Shown here one piece after another: positions 49,241 through 62,650 of a stretch of DNA of 64,000 nucleotides; position 1 is the stretch's first letter, and every line of letters begins with the position of its first letter. Below the pieces are notes generated by a model. The model did no database searches. It was given only the letters and a program-made list of their open reading frames with translations, and was not told the DNA's origin. A program made the translations under genes and the position numbers. The stretch is from Podarcis tiliguerta (Eukaryota): assembly GCA_965153285.1 (NCBI GenBank), contig OZ229112.1. One strand, given 5' to 3'.

Positions 49241-49466
49241 CAGTGGTACCTCAGGTTAAGTACTTAATTCGTTCTGGAGGTCTGTTCTTAACCTGAAACT
49301 GTTCTTAACCTGAAGCACCACTTTAGCTAATGGGGCCTCCTGCTGCTGCTGCGCTGCTGGAGCACAATTTCTGTTCTCATCCTGAAGCAAAGTTCTTAAC
49401 CTGAAGCACTATTTCTGGGTTAGTGGAGTCTGTAACCTGAAGCGTATGTGACCTGAGGTACCACTG
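49241..49466 (-). mobile_element. Tc1/mariner (pogo/Tigger-like) MITE, copy 2, inverted relative to 17053
   Basis: TA|CAGTGGTACCTCAGG ... CCTGAGGTACCACTG|TA; body is the reverse complement of copy 1. Confidence 0.9.
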
Positions 49467-50284
49467 TATTAGGCCAACCAAAATGTTACAAACAAGTGTG
49501 CAAGCTTTTGAGTTCTCTAGAATGCTACTTCAGGCAAGATAGTGGGGTAGGGTGGGGAGAGAGAGTTGATGGAGCCCTGGAGTCTGCATCTAATCCCAGT
49601 CTTAATGATGGAATGTGGGAGAAGGTAGCAGACATGCCATTTTTCTTATGGGCCACCGTGTCTCTGTGTGTGTGTGTATTACTTAATTTAGGCTGATTTC
49701 CCCACCCACCCTCTTAAAATTTGCAGTCCCAACTGCGCTACTGATTATTCAGAGTTAGTTTGGTGCCTTACAGAAGAACCTGAGGTTTGAGATGCTCCTC
49801 ATTACCACTTTTTCCCACTTCATGGTGCTAGACTATATGTTTTGCGCATGTGGCATATTAATAGACCAGGAGCTGTTGTAGTGAGAACGAAGAAGATAAA
49901 ACTCTCTGTTAGTGTTATATACGAAAGCAATGACTCTTCTCACAACTAGGCATCTTATTTTAAACAAGTGAGGCTTTCAACCCAGCATTATATCGGAATG
50001 TGGGCTATGGCTGCCAGCTGACCACAGCAAACTGGCATGGCTGGGTTTTTGTGCCATTAACAATACACAGATTGGTCGACAGAGAACACCTTTATTTATG
50101 TTATTTGTATGCTCAAATACAGTATCAGCCCAAAGCAACTTAGTTAAACACACAATAAAATGTGATACCTTTCAGAGCACGAGCAAAGCAATCCTATCCT
50201 TGTTATGTTTGCTGGATATGGTAGGAGTGTTCAAAGATTTCCTTACCTTAGCAGAACACAGTACTTACACTAGAAAAAATAGCC

Positions 50285-50560
50285 ATCTTTGGAGTGAAGT
50301 GTCATCAATATGTGGATAACACCCATATCTATTTCTCTGTTCCATCTGAATCAGGAGGGATGGCTGTGGTGGAAGACAGGTGTTTGTAAGCAGTGATGGG
50401 CTGGATGTGGGCCAACAAATCAAAACTGAATCCTGAAAGGACAGAGCTGTTTAAGTTGTTCCAAGTTCTTGATAGCAGGAGGTGGGGAGATGGCCTGTTC
50501 TGGATGGGGTTGCATTCCCCTGAAAGAAGATTTGATGCCCGGGCTACTTCTGGATCCAGG
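50285..50560 (+). mobile_element. L2 reverse-transcriptase fragment
   Basis: Translates GVKCHQYVDNTHIYFS (degenerate YADD) ...AVMGWMWANKSKLNPERTEL. Confidence 0.8.
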
Positions 50561-51061
50561 AGTGCCTATCTCCAGCTCTGAGTGGTTTGATAGCTCCGGC
50601 CCCTTTTCGTAATTCTCAAATGAATCAGTAAACTGTTGCCGCCTGAACTTCCAGGCAGCACTTAGTGCTGGCCTGTGCCAGCTTCCTCTTGTGGTTTCTC
50701 CTTGTGGGTGGGGAAATTCTGTTGGGATGACAGAAGCCATTCCAGGACTTAGGACTACAGCCTGCAATATGACTGTACCAAATGGATTCTGCTTCAAAGC
50801 AGAAAACTGCTTTTCAAGCAGAAAACGCATAAGGAGTGCTAAGAGCATGAGTTTCTCATTGATTACATGCACACAGCCTGGGAAGTGCCTGCCATTAGGG
50901 ACTTCGTGATACATGTAGGCATGACAAAGCAGGCAGCCATGTGCTCATCACATATGACTATATGTACATGTGCAGTCTTCTACCCAGGCGTATTATCCAA
51001 GAAGGAAATTAGTCTTGTATGAAACCTGAATCATGTGAGGGGTGTGCGTGCGTGTATGAGA

Positions 51062-51250
51062 GATTGATTGATTGATTGATTGATTATATTTCTATGCCAC
51101 TTCTCATTCAAATGAATCCCAAAGCGGCTTACAAGCAATAAATAACAACAACATGATAAAACAATAGAACATCACAAATGCAGCATAAATCATACAGAAT
51201 AATTAACAAATCATCAGTGCAACAATTACAATCTATAAAACACTGTTAAC
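51062..51250 (-). mobile_element. L2-type 3' end with (GATT)6 tail
   Basis: (GATT)n at 51062-51085 followed by ...cccaaagcggcttacaa and an A-rich antisense 3'UTR. Confidence 0.55.
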
Positions 51251-52523
51251 AAAGAAAAAGAATAGCATGTGACATTGTTTTATATGCAATTAGCCTGATG
51301 CAAAATATCAGACTGGCAGAGTCACCCACAGCCTGCAAAAACAGAACTATCTTGTGGGTTGTTTGGAAAGTCCCACATACTGGGTGGTTTTATTTTACTT
51401 GTCAGTTTAGTTGCACACACATATTTTAAAGCGTGAACTGGGGCACAGGTGGCATGTCTTGTTGACGTTACATTTATCTTGCTCTCTGGAGCATATGAGA
51501 AAATATTAAGCTTTTTGATAGTGTCTACTGTGTTGCCTTGAATATAATATAAAATGGAGGCTGCCGTTTTTATACGTGTCGTTCATTTAATCCTTCTGAG
51601 AGTGCAGGTGGCCAATGGGTGGCAGCAGGAGGAACTATTAGGAAGGCTATATAATAGCATGGGGTGTAATAAAAAACTTTTAATAGTCCCAAATACAACA
51701 CAACCACATTGCTCAAGACTCACAAGTAGTTGAGTTACGAATGAATGATCCTGGTCTAATCAAATAAGCATCTATTAAAACTTTATAGCACCACACAACA
51801 TCATGTAACCCATTTATGCCAGATGGGCTATATTTAGACCAACATCAGCTGGTATTGCAGAGAACAAAATGCGCTCTGTACTTTTAGTTTTATTAGATAT
51901 ATTTATCTGATTTGGTAAGAATCCTTTCTAAAGTGCCTTGACTTTCTGCCCTTCGGGGTATGTCTTTCCAACCATTATTATGGACTGAGCTTTATGCAAT
52001 ATGAAACTAAGTTATATAATGGAGTGTGAAACACTTATTTTTCCATAGCACTACTACAGATGGTGTTTTCTTAAGGACTTGCCTTAAATCACAGCTATGG
52101 GGAAAAAAGCACTTTACTGCTTTAGAGCTCATTGGATCTGATCAAGAACTAGATATATACATTCATGAATTAAGAGTCCATGCTTGACCTTGTCAATGTG
52201 GTTGTGAAGCTACTCAGAACGTATTCCTTTTGGTAAGCATATGGATCTCTTGGTGGAGCCTCCATGAGGTGGTGAGATGAATGAAGCAGGTGAGTGTGCA
52301 AAGGGACACCGATCTGGTGACTGATTTTCAAAGCATCTGGAATGGAAGTGGCAAGTGTACTGGGCTGCTTGAATAGAAAGAAAGCATGACTTCGCCCAAC
52401 ATTTCATATCCAACAGGCATCTTCAGGACAAATGTGAAAAATAAAGAAACTGGGAGGAGGCAAATATCTTTGCCCCAGAAGCAGACAGTTGAATTTGTAA
52501 TACTGTAAAAGGGTCCAGCCTGA

Positions 52524-52562
52524 AAATATTGTGATGTATGCTAAATATTGTGATGTATGCTA
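52524..52562. repeat. 19-nt tandem duplication
   Basis: aaatattgtgatgtatgct occurs twice. Confidence 0.85.
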
Positions 52563-53813
52563 AAAAAGGGAAACAAGGATCAGTGTGTTGATAATACAAA
52601 AAGAAGGCATGATGTGCTCGAATAAAAGCCCACTTGGGATCATGAGAATTGAGCTACAGCCCTGCTTCTCTCCAGAAGTAAATGCCAATGGCCAGGCATG
52701 ATGGGAGTTGTCATTCATGTGCCTAGGATAAACTTTTGAATAAGCCTTTGAATTAGGCCAGTCATTCCAAATGCCCCCACACCTAACCTGGAGCACTTGA
52801 AAATTGCAGAAAGTTTTGGCAGGCCACTTAATGGTTTTTCTGCCTGTTCCAGCATTGGAATCTGTTGTGCTAGATGCTGTATATTTTTAAACTTTATTTG
52901 CATTGCTCCTTTTATTCTATATATTACAATTTGAATTATGTATAATGCCATATGAAACACATTATAAGAGACATGGAGCATTAGTTGTCTGTGGACTACA
53001 GTTTGGGAACCCCTGAGATAGACCGTAGACGCCAGCCTGAGCTCCTTGGACGAAGGATGGGAGACAAATAATCAAGAGCACTTCCTTTTTCAAACAGGCC
53101 ATCACAGGATGCTACAGTAACATCAAATGTTATGATAATGCGACACCACACCCAGTGTGCAAATTGCCTTGTCAGGTTTTAGGAGTTCATTTCCCTTTCA
53201 TGATTATTTTATAGCAGGTAATTATTTTATAGTGTAAATAATTTAAGTAGGCAACATGAGAAGCACCATAAATGAGAAGCATTAGAAATGCATCAATACT
53301 AAATCTGGTGACGAACGGACCCTAGATGCCCTTTGTTTTGTTTTGCATGGGTCCCTGCATGGGTTTTGCATGGGTCCCTGCAACCCTAAAAGAAATGAGT
53401 GAGGGGTTGTGATGCTACTGCTGGATCCATTTCAATAATGGAAATGCGTGGGTGGCAACTGAAGAAACCCAAATCAGGCACGGAGCCAGAGTGGAAAGCT
53501 AAGAGCAGAATGCACAAAATGTTGAAGCAATGGGGGAATCCCTGCAGGGTTTCAGATTTTCTCCTGATGGACACGAGATGAACAAGTGGGAATTCTGCCC
53601 GTAGACAGGCTGAGTGGAATGCTCTAGCTTTCTGTCACTCAGAAATTGGGGGGGGGGGGGTTGTGAACCAGCCCTTCTCTGCCACCTACTGTAGGAAACA
53701 TAATATTTACATGCTTCGACCAAAAGTACCAAAAGTCAAACTGGAAAAAACAGAAGAGTTGTCCTGACCCTAGAACAAGAATCAAGTGGCAGGCTGGATT
53801 CATTTATTTAGAA

Positions 53814-53872
53814 TGATGTTCATTTTTCAAAGCAATCTTCGCTTTGATGTTCATTTTCAAAGCAATCTTTGC
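53814..53872. repeat. ~30-nt tandem duplication
   Basis: tgatgttcattttcaaagcaatctt occurs twice with one indel. Confidence 0.85.
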
Positions 53873-56425
53873 CATTGGGCAGTAATATTCTCCTGACATT
53901 GTGTGGCTGGTTAAGGCACTTACTCCTTCATTTTGGTGGGGTGTAATAGAAATAACACCATTATTTCGAATAGTTCTCATTGTTAAAATGATCTCATTGT
54001 TGGCCCTTTTAGGTGAAGTGGGGTGGGATGGGGGAATGGCTTCCCCAGCCTTTGTTGTTATCGATGGCATGGGAATCCCACAAATAGGCAACTCACAAAG
54101 GTTCTTTTTGAAATATTGAAACTTCTTTCGAATATTTAAACTTTCTCCCTAGCCCTTTTTGGGGATATTTAGGAAAAAAATTATCTAGATACAAAATTAG
54201 TATCTACAAAAAAATAGTAACTAGGAAGCAATTTAAAGTTCATGGATTTTTTTAAGGGGGGGGGAGAGAGAGAAAGCAATTTAAAGTTCCCATGGAAGAA
54301 GACCCCAGGTTGGAACAAACAGTTTTGGAAATTTCATTAAAAGTAGGGAATGTATATAGTTAAAAATTGAAAATTAAATAAGCCTTGAGACACAAAGAAG
54401 CCTAAAAGAATCCAAAATGAACAGAAGAAACCAAAGTCCTGGAACAAAAAACCACTTCAAAACAAGCCATCCTTCACTTTTGTCTTCAGAGAATCCTCAT
54501 TGTTGCATTTCCCACTGAAATTCACTCAGCAAAGGATATTTCATTTCTCTCTGGAATGGATAGGGGATACATGAACACTGGAGCATAGGCATGACATCTG
54601 GGAAAGAAAGTTTCTGTAAATTCACTTGAAGAATAATATCATTGACATCTGCATGGCTTTCCATGATGTATGGAGACCAGGGTTACCAGTGTTGCCTTGC
54701 TGCCAAATCAGCAGATTCTTGATCCTATGAGTCAACTTTGGTGTCCTGTCTCAGAGTATGACATACAGGCAAATGAGTTCTTCTTGGGGCCGCAAAATAT
54801 ATATTCAGACTATACCAAGCTTTCCCTCTAGAGAAGGACCACCATCTTCTCCTTGACTCATTCTGCTACCCAGCCCAAGCTTCTTCACTTTTGCATGTTC
54901 CGTCTTACAGAGGTGAGCCCAACAGGCTGCTCAGATGAAGCAGAGATTCGCCTTCAGATTTTCTGTGCCACGCTGGCGCTACATCCACCTATACAAACCA
55001 TTTCTGAGGTTTAGAGGCAGTGCAAGACATTTTTGGCTCTACTGTCTTGCGGAAAGGAAGCACCTATCAGATGTTAAGTTCAGCCCAGGATTAATGGCTC
55101 AACAAATTCTGCATAGCTACTTGAGTTGCCACTATGAGGGTGAGAAGAAATAGGTTTATTGTGTTTGGGACACATTACATTTTTGATTGAAATAGCTTCA
55201 TGTGGATGTTGCCTCCAGGCAAACTGGGATTTATTTATTTTTAAATCTACCTCTGCAAAACCTTTGCTTGCATCTGGTATGGAAAATAGATGTGGTACAT
55301 GAAGTACCTGTTCTATGATAATAGCTGGGGCTTGCAGAGGTTTTAACAAAGCAACATGTGCTCCCATAATAATGGCCATTATACTTGTTCCTCACTCCAC
55401 TGAGATGAACCCAAAGCAGATATAAATGCATTTCCTTATATTCATCTTTTGTTTTCTCCCTCCCTATGGAAATTTAGATCAGGGCAGAGATCTTATTATG
55501 TTTGCCTATTTTAGGTGAGTAAATAGAGAGAGTCACAGAAGTGAAAAGTGTGGACAAAAATGCTAAGCACAGATCTGTGGGTTCCGTTGATGTGAGGGGC
55601 TTGTTCCACAACAATAGAAGAATCTTTATCTCCATCTTTGTCAGATACTTTTAGAAGTGATAATCCAAATGGAGAAGACATTATCACCTAACTAGAATAT
55701 CATCGTGAATACAGTTGTTCCCAAGCCAGACTTGCCAGAGTTATTGGAATTGAAGCCAATAGAAGCACTCACTCCTATTATATGCACAAGGAAATAGGAA
55801 TGCTATAAAGCATCTTGGCTTTGAATTGCAAATCAGTTTCAGATGCATAACAGAGTTCACTTCAGGAAGGATAACCAGGTTTGTATTAAGTGAATTTTGC
55901 TCCATGGTTCCCCAGCAGCTGAAGAGGAAACAAAAGATCTTGGGCTGGAGCCCACATGTTTCAGGAAAGTTGACACATCACGTTTGAATTTTCATCTCCC
56001 ACTCATGGCTGGGTATTTTATCCTCTTTCATCTCCATAATAACCTTGAGAAAGGAGGTAAGAAGGAAAAAGAGTGACTCATCCAACAATGCAGTGAGCCT
56101 TATGGCTTTGAACCCCGGTCTGTCTTGGTTCCAGTCTAACGTCTACAGACTATATTGACTTTTCACTTCTTTGCTTATCCTTTATGTTGGCAGGAAAATG
56201 GAAGCCCATTGTGACTTAAACAATTCCCCACTCCCACTCACCATGCCCCCCTCCACCTCTTTTTCCCTTTTCTTCCTAATGCAACACTAATGTCTCAACA
56301 AATGAAACTGATATGTAGAAAATGTAACTTGGAAAAAAGAGACATTGCACATACTTTTGTAAACCAAGAAATCTTTAATAAAAATGTTTTTTTAAAGCCA
56401 ATGTGCCTTATTAAATGTCCAATAA

Positions 56426-56426
56426 T

Positions 56427-56466
<40 letters not shown>

Positions 56467-56468
56467 TC
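56426..56468. repeat. (TTTC)n microsatellite, ~10 units
   Basis: Perfect tetranucleotide run. Confidence 0.95.
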
Positions 56469-56631
56469 ATAATTTTAAAATGTACCTTAAGAATGCATTA
56501 CTGTGAGAAGTTATGGTAAGAGATGCCAGTGGGTTTTATGTATGAAATTATGTTTGAAATTCAGCATATTTATACTATTGAACTATGATATTTCTACTAC
56601 TATACATTCATACTATTCATACAAAACAACA

Positions 56632-56801
56632 TGGGTAGGCCGTAGCTCAGATCAAGGGTGTATCAGTGAGATCTGCTTTGATACAGAAGGCCTCAGGTTC
56701 AACCCCCAATATCTCTAGGTAGGCCTGGGAATGCCCCCTGCTTGAAACAACTGCCAGTCAGTATAGACAAGACTGAGGTAGGTTGGCCAATGCTCCGACT
56801 C
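56632..56801 (+). mobile_element. tRNA-derived SINE with CR1-type tail
   Basis: ggccgtagctcag box A, ggttcaacccc box B, ctgccagtcagtatagacaagactgag tail. Confidence 0.7.
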
Positions 56802-57482
56802 TTGTCCCACAAGAACTGGTTTGTAGGCCCCAAAGGGCTCATTTGTAGCAAAGTGGAATAGAACTGGAAATCCCCAGGTGCCCCATTCTATAAGCTACAG
56901 AATGTACAAATCTTGAAAAAAACCCAGTAAACAACAAGAAGCCTGCAGTGTGCACAAGTAAAACCAAAATCCAACCAAAGAGAATGACTTTTTTATCCCA
57001 TTAATTTATGTGGAAGCATTTGGATATTCTTAAAGCTGCAGCCCTATAACCATTTACTTGGGGATAAGCCCCATTGAAGTCAATGTGACTTACCTCTGAG
57101 TAGATGTGCACAGGATTGCACTGTTAATTCTTTCCAGTTGAAACCAATGGACTTATTAGTGCTTAATTTGACTGGATCATGTCCTACATTTTTGGTCAAA
57201 GGCCACATTTCTAGTAGAAACAAAATATTATAAATAAATCCCATATATATATAATAGAAGGGTTGCTAAGAGAATTATTCAAGAAATTAAGAATAATAAA
57301 AAAAAACCAGGAAGGTCAAGCAAAACAAAACTAGTTGACTAAACTTGTAGAACAAACCATGCAAAACCGGTGCTCTGTTAGTTATTGTAATTTCTAATGG
57401 GGAAGATCAAGGAACCCTCTCACATCTTTGTTCTTGCACATTCAGGATGCTTTGTGTTCCTGATGCTATTGAAGGGGTTGTG

Positions 57483-57625
57483 CAGGGTTGCCATATGTCC
57501 TCCTTTTCCAGGACACATCCTCTGTTTCATGGGCATGTAAAATGAGTCGTTATAGCGATCCATAGTTAAAAGTAGAAGTCGGCAAGTGTGTCCACTTTTT
57601 TGCTCTTCAAAATATGGCAACCCTA
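57483..57625. mobile_element. hAT-type MITE
   Basis: 13-nt perfect TIR AGGGTTGCCATAT / ATATGGCAACCCT. Confidence 0.75.
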
Positions 57626-58587
57626 CAATTCCACTTTGTCACTGCAAAAGTTTTGGGGTGGTCACACTGCTTCACTTCTAGCCAGTGCTTGCCCCATAAC
57701 TTCCTACTGCAATTCCACAACTTCTTATACCAAAAAAGTTACTGTGTCCTGCTTTTGTCCTGCTACAGCCTCTCCAGACAGCAAAAACACAGGAAACATT
57801 GCAAAGCAAACTAAAGCAGAATCAATCCGCCACTAATGGATTATTACTGCGTTAAGAACACAATGCAGAATACACCCACAATAAAAACCAGTCTGAAGGG
57901 ACCCTCAAACAACTTAATTGTATTGTGTTTTTCAATTTTTACCATTATCCTTGAGTTTAAGGGCTTTGAGTTGGGGATGAGGATTTGGGGTACAGAGTTT
58001 TGTTCATTTATCAGACAGAAGCAAAGGATTTGAATGCAGTAGGATAATGAGATTAAAAGAAAAACCCACTGTATTGAAGCTGAAATTAAACATTATGTAA
58101 CCAGTTTGGGACACATCCTTCATAAAAAGTAAGCATTTTCCCTAGCACTTCTTCCAAATGTCTTCATGATGATTTCCAATGACTAGCCCAGGTCCAGGGC
58201 CAAACAAGAAGAGTCAGTGTTGAAGATTAAGGCAAGAAATATTGAAACCAGATGTAAGGACAGGGGAAGGAATCAAGCTCCAGCTCAGCCACACTGCAGA
58301 GCTTTCTGATTCTTGCAGATTGTCAGGAGTAGGAACGGCTGCTGTGTTGGTGGCAGGGAGGCCTCCTTTATGAATGGACTATTCAGCACTTTGTACAAGT
58401 ACTCAGGCAAGCAGGAACAGCGGCCACAGCAACAAATCACCTTTATATGTAATCCCGTGAGACCTTGCCACAACCACAATGACAAGCCACTTGAATAGGC
58501 CCTTATAAGAAGATGTTGAGCTAGTTATACCTGCCTAGTAAATAGTAAATAAGTGTGGAAAAACTCTGGATTAAATTTGGCTCTTAC

Positions 58588-58591
<4 letters not shown>

Positions 58592-58623
<32 letters not shown>
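58592..58623. repeat. (GA)16 microsatellite
   Basis: Perfect dinucleotide run. Confidence 0.95.
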
Positions 58624-58626
<3 letters not shown>

Positions 58627-59955
58627 TCTGAATGTCCCAAAGGTGACATGAGTTAGATTAGAACAGGGAAGTGACAGCCATATTCTGTAATATATGGAAC
58701 CTTCTGTAGCAGAAATGAGGGAGTCTTCATTTTCTTACAACACTTAGCTTAATTCATGGAACATTTTCAAGGCTGCTAGTCGGCTATGAATGATCCTGCT
58801 GTGACTTTGGGTCTTGCTCTGCTGCAATGAGACAATACTGTGTGCATAAAACCTTAGAAAATAAGCTTTTTGAGACTATTTCTCAGAAAAGTGTGGAACT
58901 AGAAAACTAGAAATGTGACCATAAGACTTTTTTTAAAAAAAAATGTTTTTCTAGAAATGAGTGCAATTGGTGGCCTCTTGGGTACGTGGGGTTTCTGCAG
59001 TTTCTCAACAACAGCTGAAAAGCAAAGATATCTCAATTCCAAGGAATGTATTAGATCAAGCAGCCACAAGTTCTCAAGTGCCTTCTCTTTAGTAAACCTC
59101 TTGCAAAACCAGCAAAGACAGTGCTCTCTGTTCCTCTTGTGAGCACATCTTGGACAGAGAGAGGGCATGTGGATTGATTCCCAGATCCCTAGAGCAAAAT
59201 AAGGTAAAATCTGCTTTTGTATCTTGGGCAGAGGGACTCTTGATGCAGCTTCAAAAATTAGTTTCTTCCCACTGTTCTGATCCGGAGTTGGAGTCTTGGA
59301 AAACTGGACCATTAATCCAAGCAGCTTTTGTGAACCTGTAGCCCTCCAGATATTTTGCCCCAGCCAGCACACCTACAGGCAGACTATGGCTTGTATTGCA
59401 AAACTAAAACTAAAAGCACAGCATGTGAGAACTGACTCTGGCAGTTCCAGGTGAAGCAAGCCAAGAGGACCAATAGACTACTCCTTTCCCCTTGCCAGTG
59501 TATCCTGGTGAGTGAGGCTCTGGGTGTGGCTCCTAATAGTAACTTTATTCCAGCTTTCATGAGAGGAGTATGGATGATCTAGGAATGGTTAGAAGTTTTC
59601 TTGAGTTCCACCCCATGACCTGTTTATTTGCTTGCACAATGCTTATGCAGAAGTCAGACTATGCCCCGTTTTTATTGAGCATTTGTTCTGGTTTGTTAGA
59701 CAGCAACAAGCATTCCGCTGAAGTGCTTATACATCTTCTCATTAATCATTCACCTTTCAGTACATAGATTTCCCAGTCACTTTCCTAAACACAATAAGTA
59801 AATAAATAATCTGATTTTTAAAAAGTGGATTTATTGCACTAGTTGTGCAAACAGAGTGTTACCCATGTTAGTTGTGCAAACCTAAATTTCCAGTATGCCC
59901 TTTAATCTTTCCCCTCAAAATACTGACAGTCTGGAGGTTCCCTTCACAGTCTAAG

Positions 59956-60155
59956 CATACCTGCCAAGTGCCCTGAAAAAAGAGACATGCCGTTTCTTTG
60001 CGTAAGATTGCGGTGGCCGTTTTGGCTGCCTGTCTCTCACTCTCATGCTGTACTCTCAACCCCAAAAGCATTTTTTCCAGACAAGAGCAAGGCACAGGTC
60101 ATGTGACTCGCCTGGGTGCATCCCAGTTTTGGGTTTGAAAAAGTTGGACGGTATG
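59956..60155. mobile_element. MITE with CATACC..CCAA terminal inverted repeats
   Basis: CATACCTGCCAA ... TTGGACGGTATG. Confidence 0.55.
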
Positions 60156-61619
60156 TCTGGGCATACAAAAATCTGGAGTAGTTCTGACCCAGGTTTTATT
60201 TAGGACTCAGATTTTCATTCTCTCTCCCTCGATCAGGCAGATACCTATGAATAATCTTGGTACATCTTAATGTAAGAACATATTTGAAATGAAAACTGTG
60301 GTAACAAAACTGTATTCTGCTTACAGCATTTCTCTGTATTTTCCTGGGTCCCTGGGGAATCGTATAGAAACCCCAAAGGTTTGTCAAAGGAACAGCAACA
60401 AAAAATCCTGCCTTGCCCTTACTTCCCTTTTCTCTGAGAAACTTTGCATCCCAAGTGTATGAAGGCATGGCTCAGAGCTAGAAGACTTATTCAGGGATTA
60501 TGGGCCATGTGGTTACCATAATGTAAAGGAGGAGAGTGGGGTCATGCTTTCTGGCCTTGCGTTTAGACATATCCTTTGGTTCCATCCATGGCCATGAGTT
60601 GTGGCTGAAGGTATGAAAGAGGGAGTCCACCCTACATACCTAGACTCCCCAAACAATTTGACCCCATGCCTAGTCAGGGTTCTCATTTGTGAGGGAAACC
60701 TATGTACCCAGAATAGTCCCAATGAACAGATGGTGGCCGGGATGATCTGTCTGAGGTGTGACAGGGCAGGGGGACCAACAAGTACACTCCCCTTCATGCA
60801 ATTGTAATCTTGTGCAGCGCTGAACACCCTAAACAAGGTAGAGTAGCCACCATTTTAAGTCTGGGCGTCTCCTCCTTCCATGTCTTCTCTTCAGTACGTT
60901 TCTTACAAAAACGACTGAAGACAGAGCTGCATTTTCCACTTGCCGGCAAACCTCAAGCAGACAGATGCTGTGTGTGCTGGTGAACAGAAGCAGCTTTCTT
61001 CCAGTCTTGCTGGCGGGAGTCCTGGTGCTCCTAGAAATCTGAAGTGTTGGTCCAAAGAATAGCACCAGAGATCTCTCTGTGTATGAGATGTTTGTGTTCT
61101 TTTCTCAGAAAGAAGGTTCTAGTTGTAGCAACAGCAAGGCGGAGGACCTTGCTTGTGGGAGAGGGTTTGGAGGGCGAGTCCCCGTGGTACACAGTCCAAA
61201 TTTTGGGTGGCCATTCACAGCTTCTAGTTTAGTAAACTTCTTTCAAAAGCATTACAGACAGACCTCCTGGCCTCTTCTCACCTCTGAAGGCAGCTTATAA
61301 CTTTCTGCCCTTATTCCTCTCAGGGTTCAGTTGCAGTTCTTGAAACTGGCATATTTGCCTAGTCAAAGAGGAGAGACTATTGAGGGCAGGACATTTGTGG
61401 TGTTTTCCTGGAGAAATCCATAATCTCATCTACACGCGAGGAGGAATAGCTTAGTAATAAAGAGTTTGACTGCAAACCAAGAGGCATAAAAGGGTTGTTG
61501 AGACATTGCAAATGGGTTGTTGGCACCAATTCTCTTTTTTAATTTAGCAGATTTCCCCCAGAAAGGATAATTCCAGATTAAATGGGGAGAAAAATATGAG
61601 CATCCATTTTGGGGTGGTT

Positions 61620-62650
61620 GTTTTTTTTTTAAAAAAGTAATCTTTATTTATTTTTTTAAAAATACAGAGATTCAAAATAATTGTGGAATAAAGTTTACAA
61701 ATTTTTAATTGCAGCTAAAAATAATAACGAAGAATTATGAAATATACAATTAAAAGATCAGGATGCCGGGGAAGGATACCAATCAGAAGCTTATTTCTAC
61801 ATTTCTTAACAGTAAAGAAAAACAGAGTCTGTTTTGCGCTTATACATTGGTGCATGTAGAGAGGGCAGATTGTCACCTGTATTTTCTTAAAGCAACCATA
61901 GACTTCCGAATGTTAGATGTGGGTTCAAACTGTGTGAGTCTTCCTTTTGCTACTTCTAATTTGCAAGTAGATTTTTTCCCAATAGGACTATCTCCCACAC
62001 TTTATTGTACCGTGTGAAGAGGTTGCTGTTGTGGTTTAGTCATTTTAGTTGTGTCTGACTCTTCGTGACCCCATGGACCAGAGCACGCCAGGCACTCCCA
62101 TTTAAATCTTTCCAGTGTCTGACAATAAAAGCCCAGGTGGCCAATAATAAATTGGACACCACCTTTCTGCAGGGTGTAAGTAACTGTCCAGTTTCGAATA
62201 AGTTTATAAGTGTCATCTGGTGGGAGACAGCAATCATATGGTTAATGATTTTACCTATTTCTTGAAAAATAGAGTTCCAGGAGGGTTGTATGTTGGAACA
62301 GGACCATCACATATGTATATGTTTCTTGTCAACATCTTGGCAAGGACGTAGGAGCTATATATGCCAGTCTGCAAGGGGTTGAATATCACCTATGGATTAA
62401 TTCCAGAGTTAATTCTCTTTTTCTCATGGAGATGGATTTGAATGGTGGCTGTCATCACAGACTATTCTAATCATCTTCATTGATAGAACAATATAGGTCA
62501 TTCTTCCACATCAGCTTAGCACCATTTAAATTGTTAAATTCATCTTCTGGGAGAAATTCATCTTGTTTTGAAATTAGACCTCTAGATTTAGTATCCTGAG
62601 CTTCCATTTTGATGCCAGCAACATTGTGTAGATGCTATGGGAAAATGTTC
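61620..62650 (-). mobile_element. L1/Tx1-clade LINE 3' fragment (ORF2 C-terminus, 3'UTR, polyA), interrupted by BovB
   Basis: Minus strand reads HIHM*WSCSNIQPSWNSIFQEI...LLLATWAFIVRHWK...YNKVWEIVL, then AATAAA and an A-run at ~61620-61650. The 5' limit is approximate. Confidence 0.7.
62022..62098 (-). mobile_element. BovB (RTE) LINE 3' terminal fragment
   Basis: Minus strand reads AWRALVHGVTKSQTQL followed by a (CAA)-like tail, the characteristic BovB end. Confidence 0.85.

Noticed and set aside
5095-56801. tRNA or 5S rRNA genes
   Set aside because: All Pol III box matches are SINE heads attached to LINE-type tails; no intact cloverleaf or full 5S sequence.
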